64,000 nt of DNA from Balanoglossus misakiensis (lineage: Eukaryota; Animalia; Hemichordata): assembly GCA_040954595.2 (NCBI GenBank), contig CM082578.2, positions 11,663,166 to 11,727,165 on the forward strand, in the 5' to 3' direction. Each line of letters begins with the position of its first letter. The first letter of the stretch is position 1. A program made the translations under genes and the position numbers. Under the pieces are notes generated by a model. That model saw nothing but the letters and a program-made list of their open reading frames with translations, did not search any database and was not told where the DNA came from. Shown piece by piece: positions 51,701 to 64,000 of the stretch.

Positions 51701-54700
51701 GCAGTCTAATTAGACAGAATACAACAAAAGGTTATATACTTAAACCAAGAGAAATTAATTATCTTTGAATGTTTTCTCAAAGTCACAGTTGTTTTCTAAT
51801 ATGTCACAGGGATTCACTTTGAGAACTTCCTACAGTTTTCATTTTAATCTTTGAAGCTAGGTTTTACAAGGTTTTGCTGTTTGTACATGTACATGTATGT
51901 AACATGTTATCCAGCTCTAACGAAATCACTTATTTAATTTCATAGAGGTTTTCATAGGCATAAAACAGATGGTGTTGAGAGGGAAATTGGTCGGGAGATG
52001 GTGACATTCTTGCACCATTTTACTTTAATTCACTGTAAACAACTGTGAACAGCTCTTACTTTAATAACTATCCTATATATATGTAGTTCAAAGTTGTAAA
52101 ATGAAATAGTGCTGATTTCCATGCGTGTCTCTGTCTATTATGACGGACATGTTAGATGGGTATGATGAGCTTGCAATGAGAAACAATGATCTGTACATGG
52201 TGCATGTGTACAGAGTTGATATGACATTGGAATTTAGGGGTGTTTATGATGACTGATTCAACCCCTTCCACTCCCATTGCCACATATGTAGATTCACTCA
52301 TAATGTTGTAAACAATGGCGTCGAGTAGTGAAAAACTTTAGGAAACATCATGACGGCATAGTCATGGAAAGATTTTTATTCGTTATTTTGCCTTCATTCT
52401 CCACCAGTAACCATGGAAATCAATACGCAACCTACAACATGCTTACAAGCACTGCAGTGTCAATATTTTTGCCCATGTCAAACCCTGAACTTTTCTTTTT
52501 CAAAATACATGAAAACTGGTGGAGCAACATTGGTGTTGAAGGCTGAAATGTAAATGGCGCCTAATATGACTATGATTGATAAACTTGGGGATGAGTAATT
52601 CAACGCATTCTCCACACAGCGAAGCCACAGTGAACACTTTCGTCTGATATCATGCAAATGCAATGACTACAACAAAATCACAAGAAACAAAAAAAAATCG
52701 TAAAACATGCAGAAATGTTTCGAGAGAAACAAGTGTGGTTCGTCAGGAAAGAAAGAAAAAGAGAAAAGAGTGCTTGTACTTGTGATTTCGGTGAGGCAAC
52801 CACCGTCAACTTACTGTCCTCGTATTGGAGTCAGAGGCGTGCTGAAGCAAAACACCAATAAGACCAGAAAACACAGCTTATTACTAGGAAGAAAAGTGCC
52901 ATCTACTTCACACTCACATGTAAACAAACAAACAAACCTTAAAATACAAAACACAGTTCATAGAAAAAAAAGACTACAAGAGTGTGATGGCTGCTACAAC
53001 AAATAAAAGCCTGTCACCGTGTGACAACTATTAGCATTAAAAGAGATCTACATAAAGCAAAGAAATTAAGACTAATCTATGAGTACTTGGTCTCCAAGAT
53101 AATACAATATATGATTTGGAAATAGAATGAAAAACAGGACTTAGTAGGGAGCGTTAACAGAAGGTATTCTTGGACGACACACACACATGAAGTAAAAGAT
53201 TTTGGTTCTACTCTTTCAGGACAGATTTTCAAGGAGAGTTTGTTAAAACACAGCTGTGAAGGGGTTGAAATATAGACACATGTACTTTAAAATCACAACC
53301 AGGCTCTCCAGGCTTGGTCAATTGTATGCAAAATTCAAAACCCTACAGTTATAAAAGCTTTGCACCTGCATGTGACAACTACAAGGTCCGATGATTTCTG
53401 TCGGTGAAGTCCATGATTCGGTTGTAGAGAATATGTGTTTAGTGTGTGTTTGGGCAAAATTGAGGTTCACGTTAAATTTCTGTAACTATGTTCTTTTCAA
53501 CCACTTAATTGCCCGCATAACATTTCAAAGTTTAGACTTAACAACTTTTGCAAATCAGAAATATGTATTCAGTGTAGCTTTGTAAAATGTTTGTCAGCTA
53601 GAAAAAAAACAACTTAATGGCAAGTATAAAATGAAACACTGTGGTAAGCGCAATATATCCCAAACATTTCTGCCCGTGAGGATCAAAGGTTACTATGACT
53701 ACCAACCTTGTAATGAGGAATGAGTTTCTCCATGTCTGCAATGGTCACGTCAGTTCCTGTTACACCCAGTAATTGTTGATTCTGGCAGGAAAGGAAGAGA
53801 GAAAAACAGTGAAGTGCAGATAATGCGTGTCGATCTCCACAGCCTTCATCTGACTGAATTGTTACTTGTAAATTCTTAAATAGATGAGCTTTTGTTGACA
53901 ACTTGTTGGTTATAATAAGATGGACTGATCAATATTGAACTATCTCACTTTTGCACACAGCATAAGAATTTTACATCAAGGTGAACTACCGGTGTTCTTT
54001 CTTTTTTTGACAAAGATTCATTTCTAGACAGAACCCTGCCTGCCAGATGGCAACTGTCTAGTTGCACAGAGTGCAAGAGTTAGTCGTGCACAATGGTGAA
54101 ACTTTTGAGATTTGTAAGCATTTTGTGCAGCTTTACGGTGGGAAAGATAAAAAGACTGAAAAAGAAGATCAGAATTTTAAACTTTCAACACTACAAGTGA
54201 CTTTTTGCATATAGGTAGTAAAGAGAACAATCAGTGTTTTTTTTTATAAATCTCCAGTAACTCACAACAATCTTATAGAACTACCACCTGACTTCAAGTT
54301 TCTTTTGATCTTACATGTATGGTCCCGGAAAAATCCAACATACAAGTTCTGGCAGATTATTCTATTTAATGTACTGTACAAAATTCAAGCTTTCCTTTAT
54401 ATTACCACCAATTGTTCCAACTTAACCCTTTTAGAACCCAGCGCAGAAGAAAACTTATGAATGATATTATAGGTCAGTAAGCAGTCAGGATGTCAAGGGT
54501 CAAAATCCAAGCCATCTACACAGTGGTGATTCTGGAAACGAGGTTTATAAACTTGAATGTTATTTTTTACCCCTCCTTCAGAGAACTATTTATTAGAAAA
54601 GGAGGTGATTATATGCCTTATAGCAAGGATCATCTATTTGAGAAATGTTAACTATCAACTAATATCCAGGGGCCGTTCCGTCAAAGCGTCCGACATGGTG

Positions 54701-57700
54701 TTACACAATTTCCTGTCGAGTACAGCTCATACAGGACCAAGAGGACAGGATCAAGATGGGAGATTTTTAACACAGAAAAGTTAACACTGTGGCACTATGG
54801 ATGAAATTATACATGGTGGATGGGTGTTTGGGTGTTTCAAGGGTTTGGGATGGATGGATAGATGGAAGATGAAGCTGTATGTTAATGAAATGGTTGATCA
54901 GAATGGACTTTTGTGTACAATTCACTGACTTACACTGCATCATTGATTCTAATACAAAGATCTACAGCAGTCTATTTGTTGTCAACAGTGCACTGCGTGC
55001 TGCATTTGCAAGTTTTACGGTTAACAAGACACATTAAAGGGACGAAGTCACTAACTTTTGATGTTATCTTATCTGGAAAGACTATTCATGTTGTTCCATC
55101 TACTTAAGTGTGCCCAATGACCTGTTGACATGGCTTTATTCACAGTCCACATGTATATCACACACAAATACTTTAATATTTGGTCAGTACCAAAAATTAT
55201 ACTGTAGATGTACCAGTATCTCATGTTATACACATGTTCATAGTGTGGGTTGAGTTGTAACAACTGGTCATTTAGCATATTTCAGTAAACAGAACGACAT
55301 CAAGACAGAAACCTTAATGACACCGTCCCTTTAAAGTATGAAATCAAATTAACAAGGAAAGTTCTGTGTCTTTCATGGATGTCAAATTGGTTACAAATTG
55401 CCAAATCCCTTCTGTTCAGAATGCCACTCTTCCTGTGCATTGAAATATCATTCGTATTGTTTCTATCGACACAAAGCACAATCCAAGGACAAGACAGATG
55501 TGATTTCTACATTAATCGCTGCCCAGTGAACAGTGCCCACCTTATCACCATCATAAGTTAATTAATAACATTTTTCAATCAAAGCAGTACAAGCACCACC
55601 AGTTATTCCCAAGCATTCCAATAATGCTAATTTGGATCACTGTTTGTGGAAAAAGCTACGAGCAACCCTTTCAACACCAGTAATTTAAGTCTTCCTCAAT
55701 GAGAACAACCCTGTACAATTTACACATCCGTGCTCTTGGTGAACTCAAACATGTGGAAGACTCTAACTTCAGATTAAGGTAAAATTTGATATTCAGTCAT
55801 GTTGTTCTTGTTGTTGAAATAAAAGTTACTTATATCAAATATTACAGCTACTGCCTGTCCCCTTTAAGCCCATAATAGAAACAAATCAAAATGGCCAACA
55901 ATTAATGGCAGTGAAAGGGTCAAAAGTGAACACTACATGTTGTGACATGCTTACAGATTAAACTACGTTGCACTGGTGTGTTCGATATCGAGTGAGTTAT
56001 TATGCCATTTTTAAGGATTTGTGTCAGATTGTCTGATACCCTCTTGACGTCACAGAGGGCTTGTAATGCCTACCTGTCGGGCATTATATCCCTGGTGCTG
56101 GACGGACTTTGATTAGAATGAAAATGAAAAGCGCATGCAACGTCATCAGGGTCAGCACAATAATGACATGAATTCAACCAAATAGAACAAAAATAACACC
56201 AGCGGTTGAATTGACCTGTCTTGATGAACTCGTGTAATTCTGGTCTGAAAATGAAACTTGACATATACAGCATATGGTCTAGTTTTCCTTCAATCTAACT
56301 TTAACAGCAGAAACCACAGGTATACACAGGGCATTTCTTATTCAAAAATATTTTGATATTTTTATTATATTTATAGTAAACCAAATGAATGTCTACTTTC
56401 AGTAAACATACTGAAAGACACAATTGTTGAACTGCACACAGGCAACAAACAAGTAACACTTGTACTATGCTCAACTATATACTGATAAGATAATATAGCT
56501 GATCCTACATTTTTAAATTTTAAAACATCATTTACTATCATGGCTGTTAAAACACCGGTTGATTCAAAAGTGAAATTGGGAGTACAGTTTGCCTACTTTT
56601 GATGGAAACACATGGAGTGGACGGCAATTACAAATGGCTTTCTTTGAACTGATGTGAACTGGTGCATAGTGAGAAATGACGAATTTGCCTGAGACTAAAA
56701 TAATGACATTGAGCTCATCATGAAATCGAGGTGATTCATAAATGATTGAAATGGATGAAGATGAAATGTAAAGCGTTCGTTTTATATTTGTTTTTAATAA
56801 TAAAATAATAAATCTTGATTTTTTTGTTGTGGAGGGTATAGACTTCATACTTACATCTTCTGAGGATATGTTGTAAACTGGTAACGTCACAGTAGTCATC
56901 ATACCAAGGCCCTGGAGATCAACAAAATAAATTTCAGTGACTTCGCCTTTACTGCTGATGTGAGAATTATGACGGGGTGATCATCACTGTTGTTTCAATT
57001 TCTCCAAATCAGTCTTTTATATTCCTACTACAAACTTGTGACAATTTTGTACACTTTTGGCAGAAATCACTAGCACTGAAGCGACCCAAATTAGAGTCAC
57101 TTCTTTCCAAGTTAAAAACTTACCATGGCATCCAAGTAGATGTTAGACCACTGGTAGTCTCTGGCGCGACCTAGAGCCATTGGTCGACTCAGCACTTTGA
57201 CATAATTCTACGGATTGAGTAGATGCAAAAAGAGGGATAAGTGAAACATTAGTTGGGAAAAATCACCACACAACACACCAGATTGTTTTGCAATATCCCC
57301 ACATCACTGATGGCCCTCTGTCACAGAATCAATGCACATACATGTACTGCAGGCTACATTCATTTGTCATTGAACGGTCCTATTCCGTTAGTGTGGTTTA
57401 AAACAAAAAAAACAACGACAAGATTCAATTTCACACGAAGGTCAGAAGCAACCAACTTACCAAGGTGTTAAGTCTGATTGCCCCAACAGCAGCAATTCGA
57501 GTAAAGTAACCTACAAATTGACAAGAATTTAGCTGTAAAATCTGCACATGACATACACACAGGCTGGCTTCCATATACATGTATGTGTACATGTACATTG
57601 TACTATACAAGTTTTTCTGTCTGTGATCAGGCGTTTTTCCATTTTCACGTTATCAGGGCTAGAATATTCTGTCAACATTGTGTGGTATATTGACAATTTG

Positions 57701-60700
57701 TACAGGTGATTGACCCAAGCTACATGCATATACCGGTACAGGTACATGTATATACGATAAAATGTTGACCAGAAATTGCACTTGAGAGTTAATGACTCCA
57801 CACACTTGACATTGACTGAGTCAACATCATCATTAATCTTTCCCCTACACTTTGACAGATCTGGAGAACAGTGAAAGCACCACAATTTTTTTATTATCCC
57901 CAGTCAACTGTTGCTGGGAAGCAGCAGTACCACTCTAGAGTGTCAAACAAATATAGTTGTGTGAACTTCACTATTACATGGATGTGCATGTACATTTTGT
58001 ACATATACATTGTAGATCCCCTGAGAGAATCTTTGGCACATTTTAGTCAATGAATAAACGGACTGAAACTTAGCACAACATAATTTTCAATGGTCGTGTG
58101 AATTTGTCATCTGGTACATTACACACTGGGCATATTAGTGACTGAAACTGATAAAATCAATTTCCTCTTCAGAGGAAATACGATAAATAGGTTCACACAA
58201 CTGGAAGGACTATTTTGTGGCCATTTATCTGTCGCCTCTGACGAACACTGAACCAATTTGGGGGATTTGTTCTGACCACTAACCTTGATTTTCGCATGCC
58301 ATGTACTTGACACCATCAATCGACGAAACTTGTGGTCCTACCACATAAGTAAATACCCTAACCTACAACACAAAATTGACAAATAAAATGGATAACATAT
58401 TTGTTTGCTCTAATCACTGAATCGCATGTTGAAATCTCAACTGATTGGGTTGTTAGGACTTTGCATATGGGTTACATGCAGCCAATGTTATTACTTTTGA
58501 CAACTGAACCTGGACTGAATGTTATTTTATCAACAGCAAAAATGCATATCCACCAGTATGGAATGTTGAAAAGAAAATCATCAGAAAGATGGAATTACAT
58601 GTACTGTCCCAAATATCTGTAAGTCATCGCAATTCAGATTGGTCATGAGATATATTCAACACTGGTACCAAAGAAGCTTGCTGGGCTGTTTTATCCTCTT
58701 CCACTCACCGATTTCTCTTTCATATTATATTTTTCAAAAACTTCTGCCGCTCTGTCTTCGCCACCATCGGTCAAGAGCATGATAACTTTATTGCAATCAG
58801 CACCCTGGTTTTTCTTGTTCATTTTCTGATCATCTTCAAACTGCAGAAGAGATCCCAAGGCAATTTTTTTTGTTAAATATTGATCAGAGTGAAGGGAAAC
58901 AAAGACCAGCTGTTCACAGTTGAAGTCTTTCCAAAGAAAACTTGCATTACCCTAGGTTTTTTAAATTACATTGATCGTTTTAAACAAAGATACTCTCATA
59001 TTACAATACTTACAATAAGTTTAATATTTGTTAATATACTTGCACTCACATTGAAGTTTGAAAACAACATAAAAACACATGATATACGGTAATTGATTTT
59101 GTATTCCAGACAATCAGTACACCAATGTTGGAAAAAAAATCATTATTAAAAATAACTATAAATATAAAAATCTCTTGTTTAAGTCCCAGTTTGATGAATG
59201 GACCCGTCTCTCAGTTCCTGCCAATGTCTCACTTTTTATAGCGAGTAATATATAAAACACTCTCATGAAATACATCGGAAACACTGAAATTTACTCAAAT
59301 CGATTTAACACGAGTCTCTCTCAGTCAGCTTGAGGCTATTATTTTAAATGTGGTTGCAATCAGAAAAGATGAAAATGACAGTCTGTAAAAATTGCCGAAT
59401 GCTTTTATGTACAACTGAGATACATGATGTCACACCCACACACAGTTTTAAGTGACGTCAATAGTTACTGCAATGACACATATTTTGTAAACTGAATTGG
59501 TTAGTTTTTGCATATAAACACGAAGCAGTAACTTTTACTTAATTTCATTTTTAAAATCCTCCAAATTCACAAAAAACAACTGAGGCTACTTGGAAAATCA
59601 GTAGTGACCATGGTTTACAAAAAGCACTGTAAATACTTACTTCCTCAAATTCTTCAAAAGCAAATTGAAATGCAGCGTAGTAGTTGGCAATACCTTTATC
59701 AGTCAGTTCTCTTATCCTTTCTTTCAAAACCTGCAACAGAAATGCAAGAGGGCCCTCTAGAGTTATACAGTGACGATAGAAGTCTTACCAGGTGTAAATA
59801 TTTTGAATGCGTATGTAAATACTAAATTCAAATTTAACCATAGTTACCATGGCAAGTTGAGATCTAACCAATCACAGGTTTTCAATGGGGTCCATGAACT
59901 AGAATAAACAGATAACGGGAACATTCTTACCGAAACATAAAAGTCTTCAAATTATGCCAGAATTTACTTACATTTTTGTTTCGCTCGTTGGCTTGAACAA
60001 ATGTCTGGAAGCAGCTCACGAGACTGGCCTCAGAATTGAACTGTGGGTGAGGGAAAATAAGTTAATAACATGTACCAGAGGCTGTTATTTTATTGCGTAA
60101 TAAATGTCAAATTGCAGATTGATATGGAATCGCCCTCAGGGAAATTTTTTCTTGAACAACATGGCTTTCGTTTTTGCACTTGCAAACTTACAACAGAGAC
60201 CTTAAAAAACAGCCATCACCATCAGAACCTACAGTATGCAAAAAAAAGTGTGACCTATAAAAATGCCAAAATTGGAAAAAGGTTGTCTCAAACAATTATT
60301 TTGTACTCACGGCAACAACATTAACGAAGTCATTTTCGCCCAAAGTGTCAATTAAAGACGCTGCTGAAGTCTTGATAAGTTCAAGCACCAATCCGTGAAC
60401 ACTTCCACTCCTGTGGTGATAAGTGAAGACAGGGAGAATGGAAACATGAAAGTACTCTGAATTCTACCCCCACATCACACAACTGGCCATCTCTGCAGTG
60501 CAGCCTTGTACGTAGTGGCCACTTTGTTATAGTCCCTGCGCATGCCATTTACTTGTACGTTAATTGACCTGCATATAAAGGCCACCTGTTCTGTCTAGCT
60601 ATAGTTCCAAAATATGGACTTGCCTATCTGCAGGAGTAAATCATGCCAATTCATTCAAAATGAAATTGTAAAACCTGGTTGTTTCTAATCATGTTTTTGA

Positions 60701-60794
60701 ATGACAATGTTATCAACATGACACACACAAAAAAGCCACTTACACGTCAATTAGAATCAGCATGTCTTTTGGTGACGCAGCTGCCTGGATGTAC
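39705..60794 (-). CDS. CACNA2D: Voltage-gated calcium channel alpha-2/delta subunit (3' 31 exons; 5' exons not found in window)
   Basis: Exons: 60794-60744 (YIQAAASPKDMLILIDV), 60410-60311 (SGSV..TLGENDFVNV), 60040-59972, 59730-59641, 58840-58709 (CNKVIMLLTDGGEDRA), 58362-58284 (VRVFTY), 57510-57461, 57207-57124 (VLSRPM), 56911-56855, 53781-53707, 51417-51343 (NGYILIHP), 47577-47506, 47262-47176, 46739-46678, 46499-46432, 46243-46189, 45940-45840, 45510-45411, 45220-45155, 44734-44628, 43942-43797, 43196-43158, 42851-42780 (CYLIDNGGF), 42306-42236, 41945-41864 (DYQASC), 41726-41668, 41442-41387, 41079-40959, 40630-40524, 40212-40130 (PRYRKRPDYC), 39818-39705 (DCGRAS + hydrophobic tail, stop). 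All phases are consistent. Confidence 0.95.
40213..40523 (-). other. U12-type (minor spliceosome) AT-AC intron, 311 nt
   Basis: 5' site G|ATATCCTTT, branch point TTCCTTGAC (40234-40226), 3' end ..TTCCAC|. Splicing here restores the frame (QR-V-PGPDPC). Confidence 0.92.
44110..44600. repeat. Degenerate intronic minisatellite, ~37-39 bp unit
   Basis: Recurring GGCAGACRTTAACAGTCACATTRCCC-like motifs, roughly a dozen diverged copies; boundaries approximate. Confidence 0.6.
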
Positions 60795-61189
60795 CTAGGA
60801 CAAAGCCAGATGAGACACAATTTAACAGCATGAAACTGGTTGTGACAAGTTAGTATATTTGTTAATGATAGAGATGAGTGGAATTATTGTCTATTGATTT
60901 TCATCAGTGATGCTATCAATGTGTCACAAGGCATTTTAGGCCACTAAGATTTTTCTTTCAAAGCTGTGAGATTTTTTAGTCATTAAAAATGAAGAAATAA
61001 TTATAGTGAATGAACGTTAAACTGTTATTAATAGAAAAGGTGCCAGTAATAGTCAGGTTTTATAGATACTTTATAATTGCATATTTTGTGCATATAAAGT
61101 GTCATTATAGATTATTCACCTCCCCTGAAACATGAAATTCCTTATTGTCAACATAGGTCTTTTTCATATGCACACAGACACACGCACAC

Positions 61190-61209
61190 GTTAGTTAGTT
61201 AGTTAGTTA
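61190..61209. repeat. (GTTA)5 microsatellite
   Basis: Direct reading. Confidence 0.85.
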
Positions 61210-64000
61210 TTCATGGGTGTAGGTTTCGAATGCAGTGATGTACACAACACCATACATGTTTTTCCTTCATCAAAGAAGGATGACAAAGACAACATTGCTT
61301 CGATAGTTGGGAAGTAAGTACTGACGAAACAGAGAAATTTACAAAAAATATTGTTGAACATGTTTACAGATTAAGCACCGGATTGGTATGAAAAGTGAAA
61401 GTCGGGCAAATTGATGATGTGTAATTGTTGTTTTAACGGTATTTGATAGGGAAGGGGACATACACATTGTTAGGCTGGCTACACAATACAAATGATCTCA
61501 CACCCTGACCATGGATTAGAAAAAGTTACATGATTCAAGCTTTGCCCAATATTTAAGTTTTATGATCATGAAAATTAGTAAAAAAAAGCATGGATGTTGA
61601 CAACAAAACACTGTAACATTCAGAGAGACAAGAGTACTTCACATAAATAAAGATCTCGCAACTCTCACTTCATGTGGAGGCAGAATTTGCACATTGCTGT
61701 AAATCACCCGGTTTGCAGATGTTACCATGACAGCAGATGAAAGTGATCTCAAACACCGTCCCAGAGCTCCTCTCAACCATTATGAAATTAAACTTTCATA
61801 AGACCTTGCCGCACAAGTAGGCAGTAAAGCACTTTTGTCAACCACTGCACCATCTTCTGGATTCAAAACGGCAATAGACATTGAAGAAGCAGCCAAAGGC
61901 AATGAATACCTCGATTTTTAAGGATGCTAGGTCCCTCCCACTCAGCTCACAACTTTACATCAATACCGCAGAAATTCTCAGAGTCATTGAGTTCTGAAAA
62001 GCGCTGCATTCCCCAACAGCTGTGCCATTTCTAATCACGCCAACATATGTCTCCCATGTACAATAATGACAGTCTTCCTATGTACCAGGAACACATATTC
62101 CTCACAAATATGTTTGCAGACATAGCATGTAAAATGTAGTTAATGAAAGTATAAATTAAAGTAATTTGTTTTTCAATGTTTTATTAATTTTCCAAAGGGA
62201 GATAAATACACAATGATTATGCTACAGATATAACTATGGGCATACAAGCAAATCCGCTAACGATTTATGGCTTAAATCAATTACATCTCAATAAATTTCA
62301 AGTTTTAATTTTCTATTTGAAACAACACCCCAAAATTATTGACTACACACGCACAGGGTTAACCAGGGTTCATTCAGCAAGTCATTAGGGGAAATAATTC
62401 ATTATGCAGTCTGACAGATAGAACAAATTAATCAACATTACAAAATCAATTTTTTTCCTCCAATTATAACAGACGGTTATAAAGCATTGATGATAAATGG
62501 GGCAATGCTTCCAACCGTCCTTTCTGCAGTTTTGACCTTTTCGTCATACATTTCTCTTTTGGTTAAAACATCATTAATACTAACATTTACCATATTATCC
62601 ACAACATACAACTATATTGAGTGTATACACGTTAAATGCTGAGACTTCATCTCTTAATCTATTTTGGCAAATGGCATCGGAATGGCTCACAACTGAGACG
62701 CTCTCCACCCCTGTTTGACGAGTAGAACGTTCTAATGACTGCGGTTAAACTGGCGTACACCGTACACTCGTCCAGGCAGGACATTATGATCTTTGCTGTA
62801 CCTGTGACGAGATGGACTGCAGAGTGAGGAACTCGCAGTACGTGGCTATCGCTATTGTGCCCCTGAGGATCGACACGCCCAAAGAATGTCTATCTCCATC
62901 CCTCCACCCACGTTGGATTGATTTAACCTTTTCCATGCTGGCTGCAACAACGCTCATGCAAACGGAGTCTAGCTACCATGCGTCTGCTCGGAGATGTACC
63001 AGTACTCGGGGGCATCGATCCAGAAAACGAACAATGTTTCGCCACCGGCGCAATCCAGATATGACATCATCAGGCAAGTCATCATTTTTACAGGATTTGT
63101 CTCCGCGCCTACAATCGCACCCTCCACGACAAATCTATGCCCTTACACTGATGTAACGGCATAGGTATAAGGGGAGACTTTCTTTGTTTTCCTTTGTTTT
63201 TTGGTGTTTTCTGAAACACAGACACAATCTCGTTAATCTGTAGATTTGCTCTTCCTAGACGGCTTTATCAGCAAACAGCAATCAATTTCACTAAACCCAG
63301 TGACATCCCAATGCCTGCATTATCATGGATACCCAGAGCCTGCATCATTATTAATGAGTTCAGGATTTACCTGCATCCATCACCATAAAAGCTTGCAAGT
63401 CAGTGCCGAGTACACGTCAGCAATTACAACATCATCATCATATGTAGAATAAAGCTTATACAGCAGGAGATGAGGTTTTTTTTTTCAAAATATGTTTTGA
63501 ATCCAAATGATTGATACTCATGTAAAGCGTGGGCTAACACTGCCATTCCACAAAACTCGCATATAAATTTGATTTCCGAATACATTTGTGAATACATTTC
63601 CATGCCAAATGCCTTGTTGCTATACACTGATGCCAATTTCCTATTCTTATCTGCACATCTAAAAAACCATGTATATTAATACTACACACAAGAGCACGTA
63701 GGCCCCAAAGGCCATGCACCTGGGACAGCCTTTTGTCTTCTGTAATCAGGTATCGTAAAATTTTATGCACTTTTTAAACAAAATTGGAATCTGCCATTGA
63801 ATTGATTCGATCAAGTCCGCAAATATTAGTCCATGTTATTTTGAAACCACCATGTACAGATATGATTTGATCTGTTGACGTCAGCTGGCAAAATGCACCA
63901 GCTGCTAGTTATCTTCCTGCAGTAAAATTCACTGGTATCAACTCAAAAAATATGTGCACCTAATATATTTTACATATTTTACCATCAATGCCCATGCAGT

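Noticed and set aside
36200-64000. Numerous 60-160 aa ORFs in the track
   Set aside because: Apart from segments overlapping the listed CACNA2D exons, they are low-complexity intronic/UTR frames without motifs.

Overview
Eukaryotic (metazoan) genomic DNA; gene content and intron style suggest an invertebrate deuterostome such as a hemichordate or echinoderm (inference only). 1-18021 is a highly homogeneous 87-bp tandem satellite (~207 monomers). It has a near-invariant quasi-palindromic core TCATGGGTTATAGCTCATGA, higher-order block duplications, and a second monomer class at the array edge whose inter-core segment looks arm-swapped/inverted while the core keeps its orientation. The unique sequence holds three minus-strand genes. 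(1) An intronless orphan class A GPCR (20942-21976). (2) A 12-exon, ~692-aa uncharacterised secreted protein (35153-27248; signal peptide, beta-rich modules, Cys-rich knot, Asp-box) with an RFX X-box upstream and a probable GC-AG intron. (3) The 3' 31 exons of a voltage-gated calcium channel alpha-2/delta subunit (60794-39705) with an intact MIDAS, a U12 AT-AC intron and several candidate in-frame microexons. Exon structures were assembled by hand from splice sites and frame continuity. No prokaryotic features, CRISPR array or intact transposase were seen.
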